A stretch of 64,000 bases of DNA, taken from positions 682,001 through 746,000 of the forward strand of contig CBFFRQ010000031.1 of assembly GCA_965644315.1 (NCBI GenBank), read 5' to 3'. Below the pieces are notes generated by a model, which had not been told where the DNA came from, did not search any database, and saw nothing but the letters and a program-made list of their open reading frames with translations. Positions 30,307 through 41,707 of this stretch are shown here, piece by piece (position 1 is the first letter of the stretch; each line of letters begins with the position of its first letter). The DNA comes from Caecitellus pseudoparvulus. Its lineage: Eukaryota; Protista; Bigyra: Bicosoecida. A program made the translations under genes and the position numbers.

Positions 30307-30658
30307 GCCGGCCAGAACCTGTTGCGGAAAATGCTGGCAGGCGCTGACAAACCTCCAGCGCTCAGCGCCACGAGTGACTACCAGGGCCTTCGCGGCGTGA
30401 AGAGTTGCTGTGCCTCATGTGACGGTACAGCGGGGCCGCAGCGTTTTGAGCTGGTTTCCTCCCTTGCTCCAGCTCACCAGGGCAAAGGGAAGAGAGCGTG
30501 AGACGGCGCATGCCACACTCGCCCCCGCCTAAAACAAAATCAGCATTTGTGCCCTGTCATGGTGCACGTTAGCTGTAGTCTGCGCATGGAGGTTGCAGTT
30601 GCTGAGGCCTGCCTTCGAGCGCTGCTGCTGCCAAGCGCCGCACTGCCGTTGGACAAGC

Positions 30659-33600
30659 ATGCAGGAGCTTCGCGGTAGCAGCGGCCCGCTGTGGCCCTCG
30701 AAGCCATCTGCCTCGAGTGCAGGTGTCATCGGGCAGTTTTTACATCCCCATTGGAAGCACGTGGGCGAGGATTCCTTCCGTCCAGTCTTCTGTGACATTG
30801 CCTGGAGCTCCCGAGGGGAGGAGTTGGCAGCCGTTTCAGAGCGTGGCGTTGTGACACTGCTCTGCCCCCAGCGCAACACCTTCAAGCAGCTGTGCAAAGG
30901 CGCAGCCACGGGGTTCTCCATTGCCTTCAGTGCAGCTGCAGACGAAGAGGTGATTGTGGGCGCCTCCGACGGCAGTGTGTCTGTGTTCTCCAGTGGCATT
31001 CAGGTGGCCACCCTGACTGCGCACGATGGTGCTGTGCACAGCATCGCGCCCTTGCCTTCAGGCGCGTTCCTCTCGGCCAGCGCCTCCCAAGCTGCCTTGT
31101 GGTCCAGCACGTGGGAGCGTGTCAGGACCACGCACCTGGCCACGCCATCTGCCGCGCTGGTGCAGCTGTCTGCGCGAGGTGGGCGCGTTGCTGCGCTGCT
31201 GTCTGACGGGAGCGTGCCAGTGTGGGAGGCCGCCGCGCTGGAGGCAACTGCGGCCCCCGTGCCCCTCACAAGGTTGCAACTACCTGCTGAAGAGGCGGAC
31301 GTGCAACTTACGTGCTTGTGCCTGTGCAAGGGTGGCAAGTGGGCCGCGGCAGGCAGTGCCAGCGGGTCGCTGTTCTTGTGGAGCATTGAGGACGAGGTGA
31401 GCGGACGCTGCACCACGCTCTGCAGCACACACTGCACCTTGCCAAGTGATGTCACTGCTTCGCACCTCTGCAGGAACTAACACGCATCGTGGACTTGCCG
31501 CCCGAGGTTGTGGAGGTGCAGCGGGTGCAGTTCCTACCTTTGCGTGCCCTGCCCAAACGCCTGCGAAAGGCTGTGGACGGGGAGACACCCCGCAGAGCCA
31601 TGAGTGTGCTTGGGCAAGACGGAACCCTGCTCTTGCTCGCGCTGACCGACACGGCAGTGAAGGCGCTGTGTGCACTGCAGCCAGGTGCAGGCCCGGTCAT
31701 CACTTTCTCGGTGTCGCCCAATGGCAGCATGGTGGCCACTGGCACTGCGGGGGGGGCACTGTGCCTGCACGATGTGCCTCTTGCCATCACACAGGCCATG
31801 GTGCAGGCAGGTTCTGGTGGTGGGAGAGCCAGCGGCATCCTGCAGCGGCTGTTTCCTGGGAAAGCGCAGTCCTGGCGAACTGGGCGCCGCAGCAGCCTCA
31901 TGCCGTCCCTCCGCGCCTCCACGTCAGCGAAGGACCCAACTGCGCCCGTCTTGACAGAGCGCTCTCAAAATGAGGCTGGGTCTGCCCGCCGCCCGCCGCC
32001 TGCCCCTTCCGTGTTGTCGTGGACGAGGACTGGGGCGCTGCCCGGCGCAGGCATGTCGAGACAGACCCGCAAAGTGAAACGCAGCGCAAGGCTCCCATCC
32101 AGAGGCGACAAGACACCCCAGCACCCCCAGGCACGTGGGGCCAGCGCAGAGGAAACTGCTAAGGACGTGGAGGTGGCGTTGCAAGTCGACGATGCCGGTG
32201 CAGGGGCTGGGCTGGAGGAAGCTGCTACCTTCCTGTCTGCTCACCTTCGCAACAAAGTAGCGGTGGGCATGCTGCACGGGCGTGGACAGGGACTGACTGA
32301 CGCTTGCAGAAAGGCGGCGTGGCGCTTTGCACTGCGGCTGCCAAACAACGGCACAGCCTGCGAGGCTGCGGGGAAGTTGCCCTTGCCGCCTGGCTTGGCT
32401 GCCCAAGTGGCAAGCACGCCCCTGAGCTCTCCGAGATTGGACAGGAATCTGCGGCGTGCTCTGGCTACGCTTGTTCATTGGTGCCCGGAACTGGGGAGCT
32501 TGCAGTACCTCCCGACACTTGCCTTCCCTTTCGTGCGTTTCTGGGGCGCAGACCCGACGGCTGCAAGCGAAACGCTGATCATGGTGTGGACGACATGGGC
32601 GCGGGGATGGCTGGAGACTGCTCCCTTGCCGCCCTCGGGGCTGCTGGGGTCGATGTTTGCAGCCCTGCAGGCAACAGACCCTGAGCTGGCCCAGCACATG
32701 GCTCGATGTGGTGCTGACGGGACGGTGTGCTTCTGGCCCATGCTGCGCAGCGTGCTCTCTGAAGTGTTGCCGAAAGAGTCGTGGTGCGTCATTTGGGACA
32801 CCCTCATGGTGCATGTGGCAGACCCCTCACTTCTTCCACTAGCCGTTCTGGCAGTGGTCCTGCTCTCGCGAAGCTCCCTGCTGGCAATCAAGCCCGCCCC
32901 CCATGCCCCTGACACCGTGCTTGGGCCACCGCCAGTGCAACCCGCCTGTGAAGCAACGCAGCGCGTCGCTGCCGCACTCAGGCGGCATCTTCCTCACGCA
33001 CCGAGGGACATCCTGCGGAAAGTGTGGGAGTTGCGCACTGGCCTCCCTGCACACTCCCTACGTGGCCTCTCCCACATCGCATCCTCTACTTCACTGCCGG
33101 GGGCTGCTGCGGACACTGCGCCCACGGCACATGCTGCGGCATGCCGACAAGTCCGTAAGGATGGCGTCGCGCTGCACGCCGTGACGGTTCAAAGACCAGC
33201 CCGCGGAGACGGCCCAGCCTCACCCTTCCCTGCGCCTGGGCCGGGCAAGCAGCGCCTGTGGCTGCCGCACCCTGACACAGCACTTCCTGCTCATCCGTCA
33301 TACCGCATCCCTAAGAGCCCCCAGGCGCTGCCCTCTGTCCCGCCTGGGGTCATGCCCATGTCACGAGTCAACCACGCCCACCACACCTGGACCGCCATCG
33401 CTGAGGCAGAAGCCGAGACGCTCCGTCGCAAGCGCGCAGCAGAGGAGATGTCGAAGGCCGCCGCAGAAGCGGAGGATGCTGCGAGGGCCGACAAGGCAGC
33501 AGCAGAGGCGCACCGTGCTGGCAGGGCACAGCACCAGACTGCGGTGGCTGAGGCAGACAAGCAGGGCGCAGAGTGGATGAGGCGCGTCACACAGCAGGCG

Positions 33601-35280
33601 GCCATGACGAGGGCTGCTGCACTAACGAGGCTGCACAGGGCGGCCTCCAGCGCCATGATGGCGCGGGAAGCCACTGCCAAAGCAGCAGCTTCCGGGGCAG
33701 CGCAGCAGGCGGCAGATGCGAGGAGCAGTTGGCAGGCGTTTGCGCAGAGCAGCCTGGAGCACGAGGCTGTGGAAACAGCCGCATTCACAGCCCAGACTGC
33801 CCTCACAGAGCAAGCCAGGACCAGTGCAGCTGCTTTGTCGCAGGCTAGCCAAGAGCACGCTCGGGACCAAGCAGTGCGTGTCAGGCAGCTGAAGCAAGTG
33901 GCGCTGGGCCACCAGATGCGCAGCGAAGACGAGGCGCGCAGAGCAGCACGCTCGCGTCTGCACGAAGCCGCCCAGGCAGAGGGGGCAGCGGCAGCTGCCA
34001 AGGCGGTCACGACGGCGCGCGCCCTGTCTGCCCAGGTCGAAGAGCTGACTGCTAAGGTGTCCATGGCTGCGGTCCAGCGGGAGCGTGCAGTGAGGCACGC
34101 CGTGGAGGATGCCGAGGCGGCCAAGGCCCGGCGCGCGGCGTGGGTGCAAGGCCGCAGTGCAGCGCTGGAGGAGACTCCACGTGGTCCTGTCCGGGACCTT
34201 CTGCGGGAGGAGGCTGAGCTGCTGGGGCTTGACCCGTACCTGGCCACAGAAGTCAGCCTGCAAGCAGCTCGCAAGGCTGCTGCGGAAAGCGCGGCAGATG
34301 CCGCCCGATCGCGTGCTGAAGACATGCAGCACCATGCAGAGGGCGACACCCGGGCCAACCTAGCGCGGCTCCAAGGAGACTTGCAGGGCTCCGATGCGGT
34401 GGACGCTGCGGTGGAGAGTGCGGTATGGCGCTCGGCAGCGGCCCTGGACTCACGCCCGGCGCCCAGTGTGGGCTCCACGCCTGCGGTGTCCCCGCCACCC
34501 AACGTGTCCAGTGTGTCTTCGACGGAGGAAGAAGGAGAGGAGGACTGGTTTGCGCGGGCAACCGTTGCGAGGGAGCAGGGGCGCCTTCTGCCCGAATCCG
34601 GTCCACAGATGGAGGCGCCTGCTACCTGGGAAGTCCACGACGAGCTTTCCGAGTCCTCTGAGGAAGGCCTGTCGTTCGGTATCGTGGAAGGGGGCGAGGC
34701 GGTGGACGAGGCGGAGATAGCAGACGAGGCCGAGGCCACCGCCGCCATGGCGGACATGCTGGCCAGGGTGACCATGTCTGGCCGCGGCCAGGAGGAAGTG
34801 CACGTGGTGCCCTCCACTGCACCTCAGACACAAGAGTGGCTGGACACGGACAGCAGTGCCAGCGAGTCGCCCGCTGATGGCACGTTTGCGTCCCTGGTGG
34901 CGGGCAGCTTGTCGCCCGTCCCAGAGGACATGGCCAAGTCGTACGGGGCCACCTTCAGTCCGCTTGATGCCAAGCAGCAGCCCCGCTTTTCCGGGCACCG
35001 CCACGCGCCCGTGCGCTCGGCGCTCAGTATTGAGAACGTCGAAGTGGACAGCCCTGGTAGCTTCGGAGGCATGACTGAAGAAGCGGGGGGTGTGCTCGCC
35101 TCTGGGCAACTAAGCCCAGAGGCAGAGGGCGGCAGCTCTGGGGTCGAGCAGAAGGATGTGCTGTCGGGGCGTGTTGGTGGCGGGAGCGTCGTTTACGAGC
35201 ACAATGTTCGGGTTCGCAGCGCGGTGCGCGCAGCCGAGTCTGGACGCGTACCCCCTGGAGGGGTGGAGCGCCAGGGATGA
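30659..35280 (+). CDS. TBC1D31: TBC1D31/WDR67 (WD40 + TBC + coiled coil), centrosomal
   Basis: N-terminal WD40 repeats; AWRFALRLPNN, LATLVHWC, YLPTLAFPFV, WPMLRSVLSEVL..ESW. Intron 31397-31473. Confidence 0.85.
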
Positions 35281-35372
35281 ACCACCTGCACAAATTCACT
35301 GTCACATCCACACTGCAAGCACCTCATGTCAAGCCTGTGTCTCCAGCTCAGCCGGCCCTTGACGTGACCAAG

Positions 35373-36110
35373 ATGTCTGCGGCACACCGCCCAGCTCCGG
35401 TGGGCGTGGCAAGCCTGACCGACAGCACCCGGGGTGCTGGGTACCAAGGCAGCTTGGAAAAGGCTGGGATTGTCGTTGAGCCGCCATCACTTGCCCATGA
35501 TCTTCCCGTAAATGTAGAGTTGCTGTCGTGCTTGAAAGCAGAGTTGGAGAAGCGCTTGACTCACTTGGTGCGCCAAGCGATTGCGTGTGTGAAACGCTGG
35601 ATGAAACGCAGACACACTCATCCTGCGACTCTCCAGGTTCGATCGAACGCTGAGCTGAAAGATGCACTTGAAGAGGAACCAGAAGATGATGATTACAAGC
35701 TGGCGATCAAGGAGAACAATGTGCGGCCGCTGCCTTGCACGGGTGCCGAGCGTGGTTGGTAGCTCACGGACGATTGACTGGTTTGCATTTCACAGAGCGT
35801 GATCACCACAACCCAAGGCAAGATTCGGGAGATCGACTCGCTCTTGGAAGAGCTGGCTCATGTTGAAAAAGTTGGCTTCTCCGAACCCTTGCAGTTCGCG
35901 GCTCCCCACATGCGCACGGGGAAGCCAGAGTCAGTTTTCAGGCAGACAGCAAGCGCAGGGCAAACTTCCGACGCGGCGCCCATAGCGAGCAGCCACGTCC
36001 CTGCCGTGAAGAGTGCAGTAACTCAGCCTTCAGGAAAGAGTGGTGCTGCAGCTTTGCCTCCGCTTGGAGGCGCCGCAGCAACAGCGCCCGATGACAGCAT
36101 CCAGCTGTAA
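35373..36110 (+). CDS. Small coiled-coil protein resembling Tma17/Adc17
   Basis: Spliced with introns 35568-35636 and 35721-35795: LKAELEKRLTHL|VRSNAELKDAL...DYKLAIKENN|SVITTTQGKIREID, fitting the recalled HLxRSNxxL...ENxxV pattern. Alternative ATG at 35277. Confidence 0.6.
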
Positions 36111-36118
36111 CGCGGAGC

Positions 36119-37492
36119 TCAATCGGACTTGCTGGAGGCAGGCTCGGAGGCACCAGAGTCTGGGGAAGTAGCTTCGCCAGAAGCTTTGGATGGGGAATGC
36201 GTGCCGTGGGCCTTTTTCTCGGCGCCATCGGCAGCGTCCAGCACGCTCTGCAGCCGCGCCTGGTACTGCAGGGAAAACACTTCGAAGTAGTACGACGCGC
36301 CATTCCATAGAGAGTTTGCCAAAATCGCGACCAGGACGAGGCTGTGCACTGCCCAGCTCTCGTACATGAGCTTTGCAGGCAGCATCGTGACGATGGTGTA
36401 AATCAGCTGGCTCACAACGAAGACAGCCTTGCCCTTCACTGTGCTCCATTCGAAGTGCTCGTCTGGTCCATTAAGACCCGTCGCACGCGCCACTGACAGG
36501 GCAGCGTTGTACAACATGCCTTTGCGTGCGGTGATGAACCACCGTGAGGAAGTCAGTAGCGAGGGGTCCTGCGAAATGCGGTCACCGTCCAGCAGCTCCG
36601 TCTTCACCAAGTACAGCACCTGCCACACCATGTACGCCAGGATGGGCCACCCCAGGGCTGTCGTCATGGTCAATGAGCAGGGTGGGGCAGATGGGTCGGT
36701 CTCTGCATCCAGCGCTGAAAAATCCAAGAAGCCTGCAAACAGTGCCTTGGACCCAGAGCACACGCCGGCGCCGTCTCGGAAGCGGCCATACCAGCGCTCA
36801 GCCCAAGTGTACATGGGGGGGAAAGCGTGAATGAACAGCGTGGTCACTTTGTCAAGTGAGTGGAACACCAAGCTGTTGCGCCACGCGAGGATCGCGATGA
36901 GGACTGGTCCATTGGCGGCGACGAAGGTGATCTCAAACAGCACCCTGTTCGATGGAAGCACCACCATGCTGAGAACAGCGAGGAAATTCACAGCATAGCA
37001 GAAGTCAATCAAGAAGTACTGCCACGCGCGCTTCTTGTACATGTAGTACCTGAGCAGGAGGCGTGCGGCGGGCAGAGCCATGAGTTGAGCCTGGCCAGAG
37101 CGCCCAGCTTCAACACGCACCGCAGGCCAAGGAGGGGGAAGATCCAGAACATGTACCATTTCCAGAAATGTTTCGGGATGGCTGAAGTCAAGGAGGGGCA
37201 GTATGGAGTGCGAGGCGGCGTGGCAGTAGGCATCTGATCACCAGGGTGGCCTCGGCGTGGTGGCCGTTTTCCGCTCCACACCACGGTGTGACGCACTGAG
37301 CAGAAAGTACTCCGTGGCCAGGATATTGATGATGCCCAGGGTGAAGCTCAACTTATCGATGAGCTTGACCCGCAAGGGCTTCTTCAGTTCCTGTGCCAAA
37401 TGCTGCCGCAGGGGCGTGGCTTCACTGCCTGTCACAAACTTGCGAGCCCTGTTGCGGATTCCCTCCCCGACCAGCTTCAGGGATCCATCCAT
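36119..37492 (-). CDS. GPC1: Glycerophosphocholine acyltransferase (DUF2838)
   Basis: DKLSFTLG, WQYFLIDFCYAVN, NGPVLIAILAWRNSLVFHSLDKVTTLFIH, WNGASYYFEVF. Two inferred introns. Confidence 0.92.
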
Positions 37493-37548
37493 GGCCGTGA
37501 GAAGGGCCAGACGCCCTGCTATCGCGCACTACAACACACGGGCTGTAA

Positions 37549-38637
37549 TCACTGCAATGTGCTCTTGTTGGCTTCTGCTGCTTGTGCTTTTTGCCCGGAC
37601 TGCGCGTCTGTCGCAAGGCACCTGGCGCACACAGGAGATGCCACTGAAGACTGCGCAGCGGGCTCCGAAAGCCTGCTGTCTGCGCGCTGGAGCCACACAT
37701 CTCTGTATCTCCGGGAGGCTTTGAAGGATGCCAAGTACAGGGTGATCCTCCAACTTGCTGCGTGGACGCCCTCCCAGCTCGTCACTGGCCCGCCCCAACC
37801 CTCGCCAAAGCAGCTGGAGAAGTACTCATGTAGCACTTGCAACTCTCGCTGGCCATCCCAGCACCCAGGCAGACACTTTGCCACTCCAGGAAGTGGCTGC
37901 AGGCGGGACCGCATGACGGTGTTCCACCAGAACATCTGGCCTTCGTAGTGAGCGTGGTCCCACTCCTGGCTGCTGTCCGGATCGCACACCAGCAGGCGGG
38001 ACTCAGTGGACCTGCCTTGAGCGTACGCCTGAGGGAGCACCTCACCTCCCAGGTACTCCGACACGCCAGAGCCCCACGGCAGGCGGAACTTCAGCAGTGA
38101 GGCGCGGGGCCGCATGGCGCGGACCCAGGCTGCCTGCTCAGCCATGTCGCGCGCCACGCTGTCGGCGTGCACTGGTTCTGTGCGAATGTCACAGATGAAC
38201 AGCGAGGCCCTGTCCTTCCACAACGCCGCAGTGTCCGCATCAAAGGACTCCTGGATCACTTTGACTTGGGACGAGCCGCTGAAGGCGAAGGGGCGCGGGT
38301 CGTAGCAGGTGAGAGTCAGGCGGGGGAACATGCCGGCGAGCAGGGGGATGTGGTCTCCAGGCGCAGCGCCTGCGTACACCACCAGGTCACCTGGCCGAGC
38401 GCAGCGAGTGAGGAAGTCAACCTCAGAGATGAGCAGCTTGCGCTGTCCCCAATGAAGCTCGTCGGTGGAAACTGCAGTGCCAGGCTGCCGTGGGTGCCAC
38501 GGCAGGACTGGCCATGTCCCGTTCAGGGTACTGGGTGGCGCGGGAGCTGCCCCACAGTGTGCACATGCAGGCCAAGTAAAGGTGCTCGCCTCGCCAGGTG
38601 TGCCTGCCCCCCCGCACGCGGCAGCCTTCGCAGCCAT
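37549..38637 (-). CDS. VP39-type cap-specific mRNA (nucleoside-2'-O)-methyltransferase (PARP_regulatory family)
   Basis: LHWGQRKLLISEVDFL, VVYAGAAPGDHI, YDPRPF, FICDIRT, LLKFRLPW, STESRL, YEGQMFWWN. Intronless. Confidence 0.9.
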   Translation of the reverse strand: MAAKAAACGGAGTPGEASTFTWPACAHCGAAPAPPSTLNGTWPVLPWHPRQPGTAVSTDELHWGQRKLLISEVDFLTRCARPGDLVVYAGAAPGDHIPLLAGMFPRLTLTCYDPRPFAFSGSSQVKVIQESFDADTAALWKDRASLFICDIRTEPVHADSVARDMAEQAAWVRAMRPRASLLKFRLPWGSGVSEYLGGEVLPQAYAQGRSTESRLLVCDPDSSQEWDHAHYEGQMFWWNTVMRSRLQPLPGVAKCLPGCWDGQRELQVLHEYFSSCFGEGWGGPVTSWEGVHAASWRITLYLASFKASRRYRDVWLQRADSRLSEPAAQSSVASPVCARCLATDAQSGQKAQAAEANKSTLQ

Positions 38638-38864
38638 TGCTGCCACCAAGTCACGGGAGTGAATGCCTCAGCGCTGCGCAGCTTGCCCCCCACCCACCGC
38701 CGTGCACTCGAAGCGAGCACCTCACAGGGTGACCGGGGCAGCCAAACTCCACTCCAGCGTGGTTCTTCGAATTTAGCGGGAGGGCGCCTTTTGCTCGGCA
38801 ACCCACGTGCAAGTGGTTCGCCCTGCCGGCGTTTCATGAACCAGCGTTTCGCACAGTTCCTGCC

Positions 38865-40654
38865 ATGGCAATGGGATGGCTGCGCTTCAGCGCCATGGCG
38901 TTCACGCTCGTCTTCATCTGCATTGTGCTGATTTGCGTGTGTGGAAATCCGTCGAGGAATGACCCCCTCGGCGTTCTCAACCGCTTCTTGACGCGCACCT
39001 TGCCAGCTGCCATCAAGTGCGACACTGGCCTGTGCCTTGCCTCCCGCGATGCCAGCTCACGCTGCCCCCACGAGCCACAGGAGATTCTTGAAGGCTACAC
39101 GAACTGAATGGATCATAGATGTCGCCTACAACGTGTATGCTTGGTTCTTCTTGCAGCGGAACCCGTTCGTCATGGTGCGTGGGATGCAGCGCCTGGCAGC
39201 CAAGCGCGATGCTGCTCAACCAATCCCCCAGCGTCTCTGCCGCTCAGATCGGGTACTTCATCCTCATTCTCGGTGGATTCGGCGTCTTCCTCTGGAAGGC
39301 ATACCCACGCATCCCCAACGACTACATCGCTGCGTGGCACAAGCCCATCGGCATCGGCGTCATGCTGGCTTGCCTGTCCAGCTTCATCGCTGCCGCTGCT
39401 GTGCACCCCGGGCACATCACGAAGGATACGGTGGCACGCTACGCCAGGTGGAAGTTCGACAACATCCTCTTCGACAAGCGTGTCTGTGCCACCTGCGACG
39501 TCGTGAAGCCCGCCAGGAGGTCAGTGCACGCAGTGGTGCCTCGAGCGGCGCACAGTCAACACCTTGCCCTCCGCAACACGCCCCCTGCACCCACAGCAAG
39601 CATTGCAAGATCATGAACCAGTGCATCAGCCGCTTCGACCACTACTGCATTTGGCTGAACACGGCAGGTGCGTGTGCAGGCTGCTGGCCAGCCGCCCAAG
39701 CTCCTGCCCGCCACTGACGCGCCCTCGACTGCACGCACAGTGGGCGAGCGGAACTATCGATACTTCCTTGCTTTTCTTGTGACACACGTGATCATGCTTT
39801 GGTATGGAGGCATCGCGGCACTCAGCATTTTTGCCCAGGAAGCGGCCGACAAGCGCCTGTGGGAGGCGACTTTCGTTCGCCGCGGCACAAACGAGCGCAT
39901 CAAGGCCAGCACGTGGATCGTTGTTCAGTTCCTGATGCACGAGAACTACGAGCTCAGCATGTGCTTCATGCTGTGTGCCGTCATGGGCCTGGTGCTGGCG
40001 GGCTTCACAGGCTACCACCTGTACCTGACCGCCTGCAACCTGACCACGAACGAGATGATGAAGTGGGGGGACGTGGAGCGCGGCCAGGAGTACAACCGCC
40101 GCCGGCACGAGTTGGCAGTGAAGAACGTGGAGCCCATCCGCAGCAGGGTCGCTGACGTGCAGGCCAAGGTGTCCGCTGCGCGGGCGGCGTTGGACTCGGT
40201 GGCTCCCGCCGCGCCGGGCGCTCCCGCCGGCCCCAGGCGCACACTGTCCTCCTCAGCTGCTGAAGCGGACACTGAGGAGCTGCAGCGCCAGCTGGAAGTG
40301 CACGAGGAGCGCCTGAAGGACCTGCAGGAGATCCAGAGCGAGATGGAGGAGGCCTTAGCCAACCCCCCCCCTGACACCCCCCTGACGCATGCCTATGACC
40401 GGGGCGTATGGCAGAACTTCATGGAGGCGCTGTTCCCGCTCAGCGACCGTGGTGCTGGTGCCCTGCCAGCTCACCCCATGCTGGCTGGCTGGGGCGAGGA
40501 GGATGTGCAGCCCGACGCCGACACGCAGCGCATGGACGAGGGCGGTACCATGGTGCCCCCCGCTTCCAAGCCCGCTGACCCTGTCAAGCAGCGGCGTGGT
40601 GCGGCCTCGAAGAAGGCCAAGAAGGCGGGGCGCGGAAAGGGGAGACGTTCGTGA
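38865..40654 (+). CDS. DHHC-family palmitoyltransferase (SWF1/ZDHHC4-like, DHYC motif)
   Basis: RNPFV, PGHIT, CATCDVVKPAR|SKHCKIMNQCISRFDHYCIWLN, VGERNYRYFL, NLTTNEMMKW, YDRGVWQNF. Four inferred introns. Confidence 0.92.
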
Positions 40655-40809
40655 ATTCACCGTGCAGCACGTGTGAGCCTGCAGCGCAGGGCAGGGGGGT
40701 GCAGAGGGACTCTTGCGGGCGTGACACCCCCCTGCCGCCAACCTGCGGGCTGCAGCGTGGACTGCGGTTCAGAGGTGTCCAAGGTGTCGCAGCACGACCA
40801 CCCGCGCAC

Positions 40810-41548
40810 TCAGCAGTACTCCTCCAAGACAATCTCGTGTCCCAGCAGCACCTCCTCCAAGACGCCCGTGGGGAAGTCGTCCTTGCCCCCCATGTCCTCA
40901 AAACCCACGATGCTGTGGTGTGTCTTGCCCTCCTTCACCAACACCATGGTGGGCAGTGCCCAAATCTTCAAGCGCTCGCACAAGAAGGGCGCCTTCTCTG
41001 CGTTCACCTTCACGAAGCGCGTCTCGGGGTGCTTGCGCGCCAGCTTGCCCAGGTGCATGTCCACGATCTCGCAGCGTGCCGTGGAGGAACGGTAAAAGTG
41101 CACCACTGCCCGGTCTGACTTCTTCAGCTCCTCGAAGAAGGTCTTCTGGTCGTGGATCTCAGAGTACTCGCCGTGGCCGGCGGCCTTCCACTTTGCACGC
41201 TGCTCCGCGGACTTCTTGAGGGCTTCCATGCGCTGGCGGCGGAGTTCTTCAAAGTCGTCTTCCTCCATGCGTTCCATCTTGTGCAGCTCGTCATCCAGGC
41301 GCTCTTCCTTCTCCTGCAGAGTCTTGAGCATGACCTCCCCGAGCACCTGCTGCACTTGGGCAGCTGTGGGAGGAGGAGGCAGACGGGTCTGTGCGGCCCC
41401 GATGCAAGGTTGCTGGCGGAAGTTGCAGCTGATGCGGGTGTCACGAGAATCGTGCATCGCTTTGCTGTCGCTGTAGCGTGCTGGCGAGGATGGCGTTGCG
41501 CTGGCGTTACCAGCCGCCCCACGCACCGTTCATCATCTGAGCAGCCAT
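40810..41548 (-). CDS. TXNDC9: Thioredoxin domain-containing protein 9 (phosducin-like 3)
   Basis: GHGEYSEI, VVHFYR, RCEIVDMHL, FVKVNAEKAPFL, IVGFEDMGGKDDF. Intron 41364-41526. Confidence 0.93.
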
Positions 41549-41707
41549 GGTGAGAAGTTTTGTGAAGACAAATCAAGCAGAGAGGAGGAAAATGCGCATT
41601 TTTCACTCAGTAAGGCAGGCAATACTTTGCGTGGAAGGGTTGTATTGCTTGGGAGCAGGGACTGCCACTTTCCGCAGCGTTTCTTGCTGAGGCACCGGAC
41701 ACTGGCC

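Noticed and set aside
37549-38637. Integrated giant virus or virophage suggested by the VP39-like gene
   Set aside because: No other viral genes, terminal repeats or composition shift; the flanks are intron-containing host genes.
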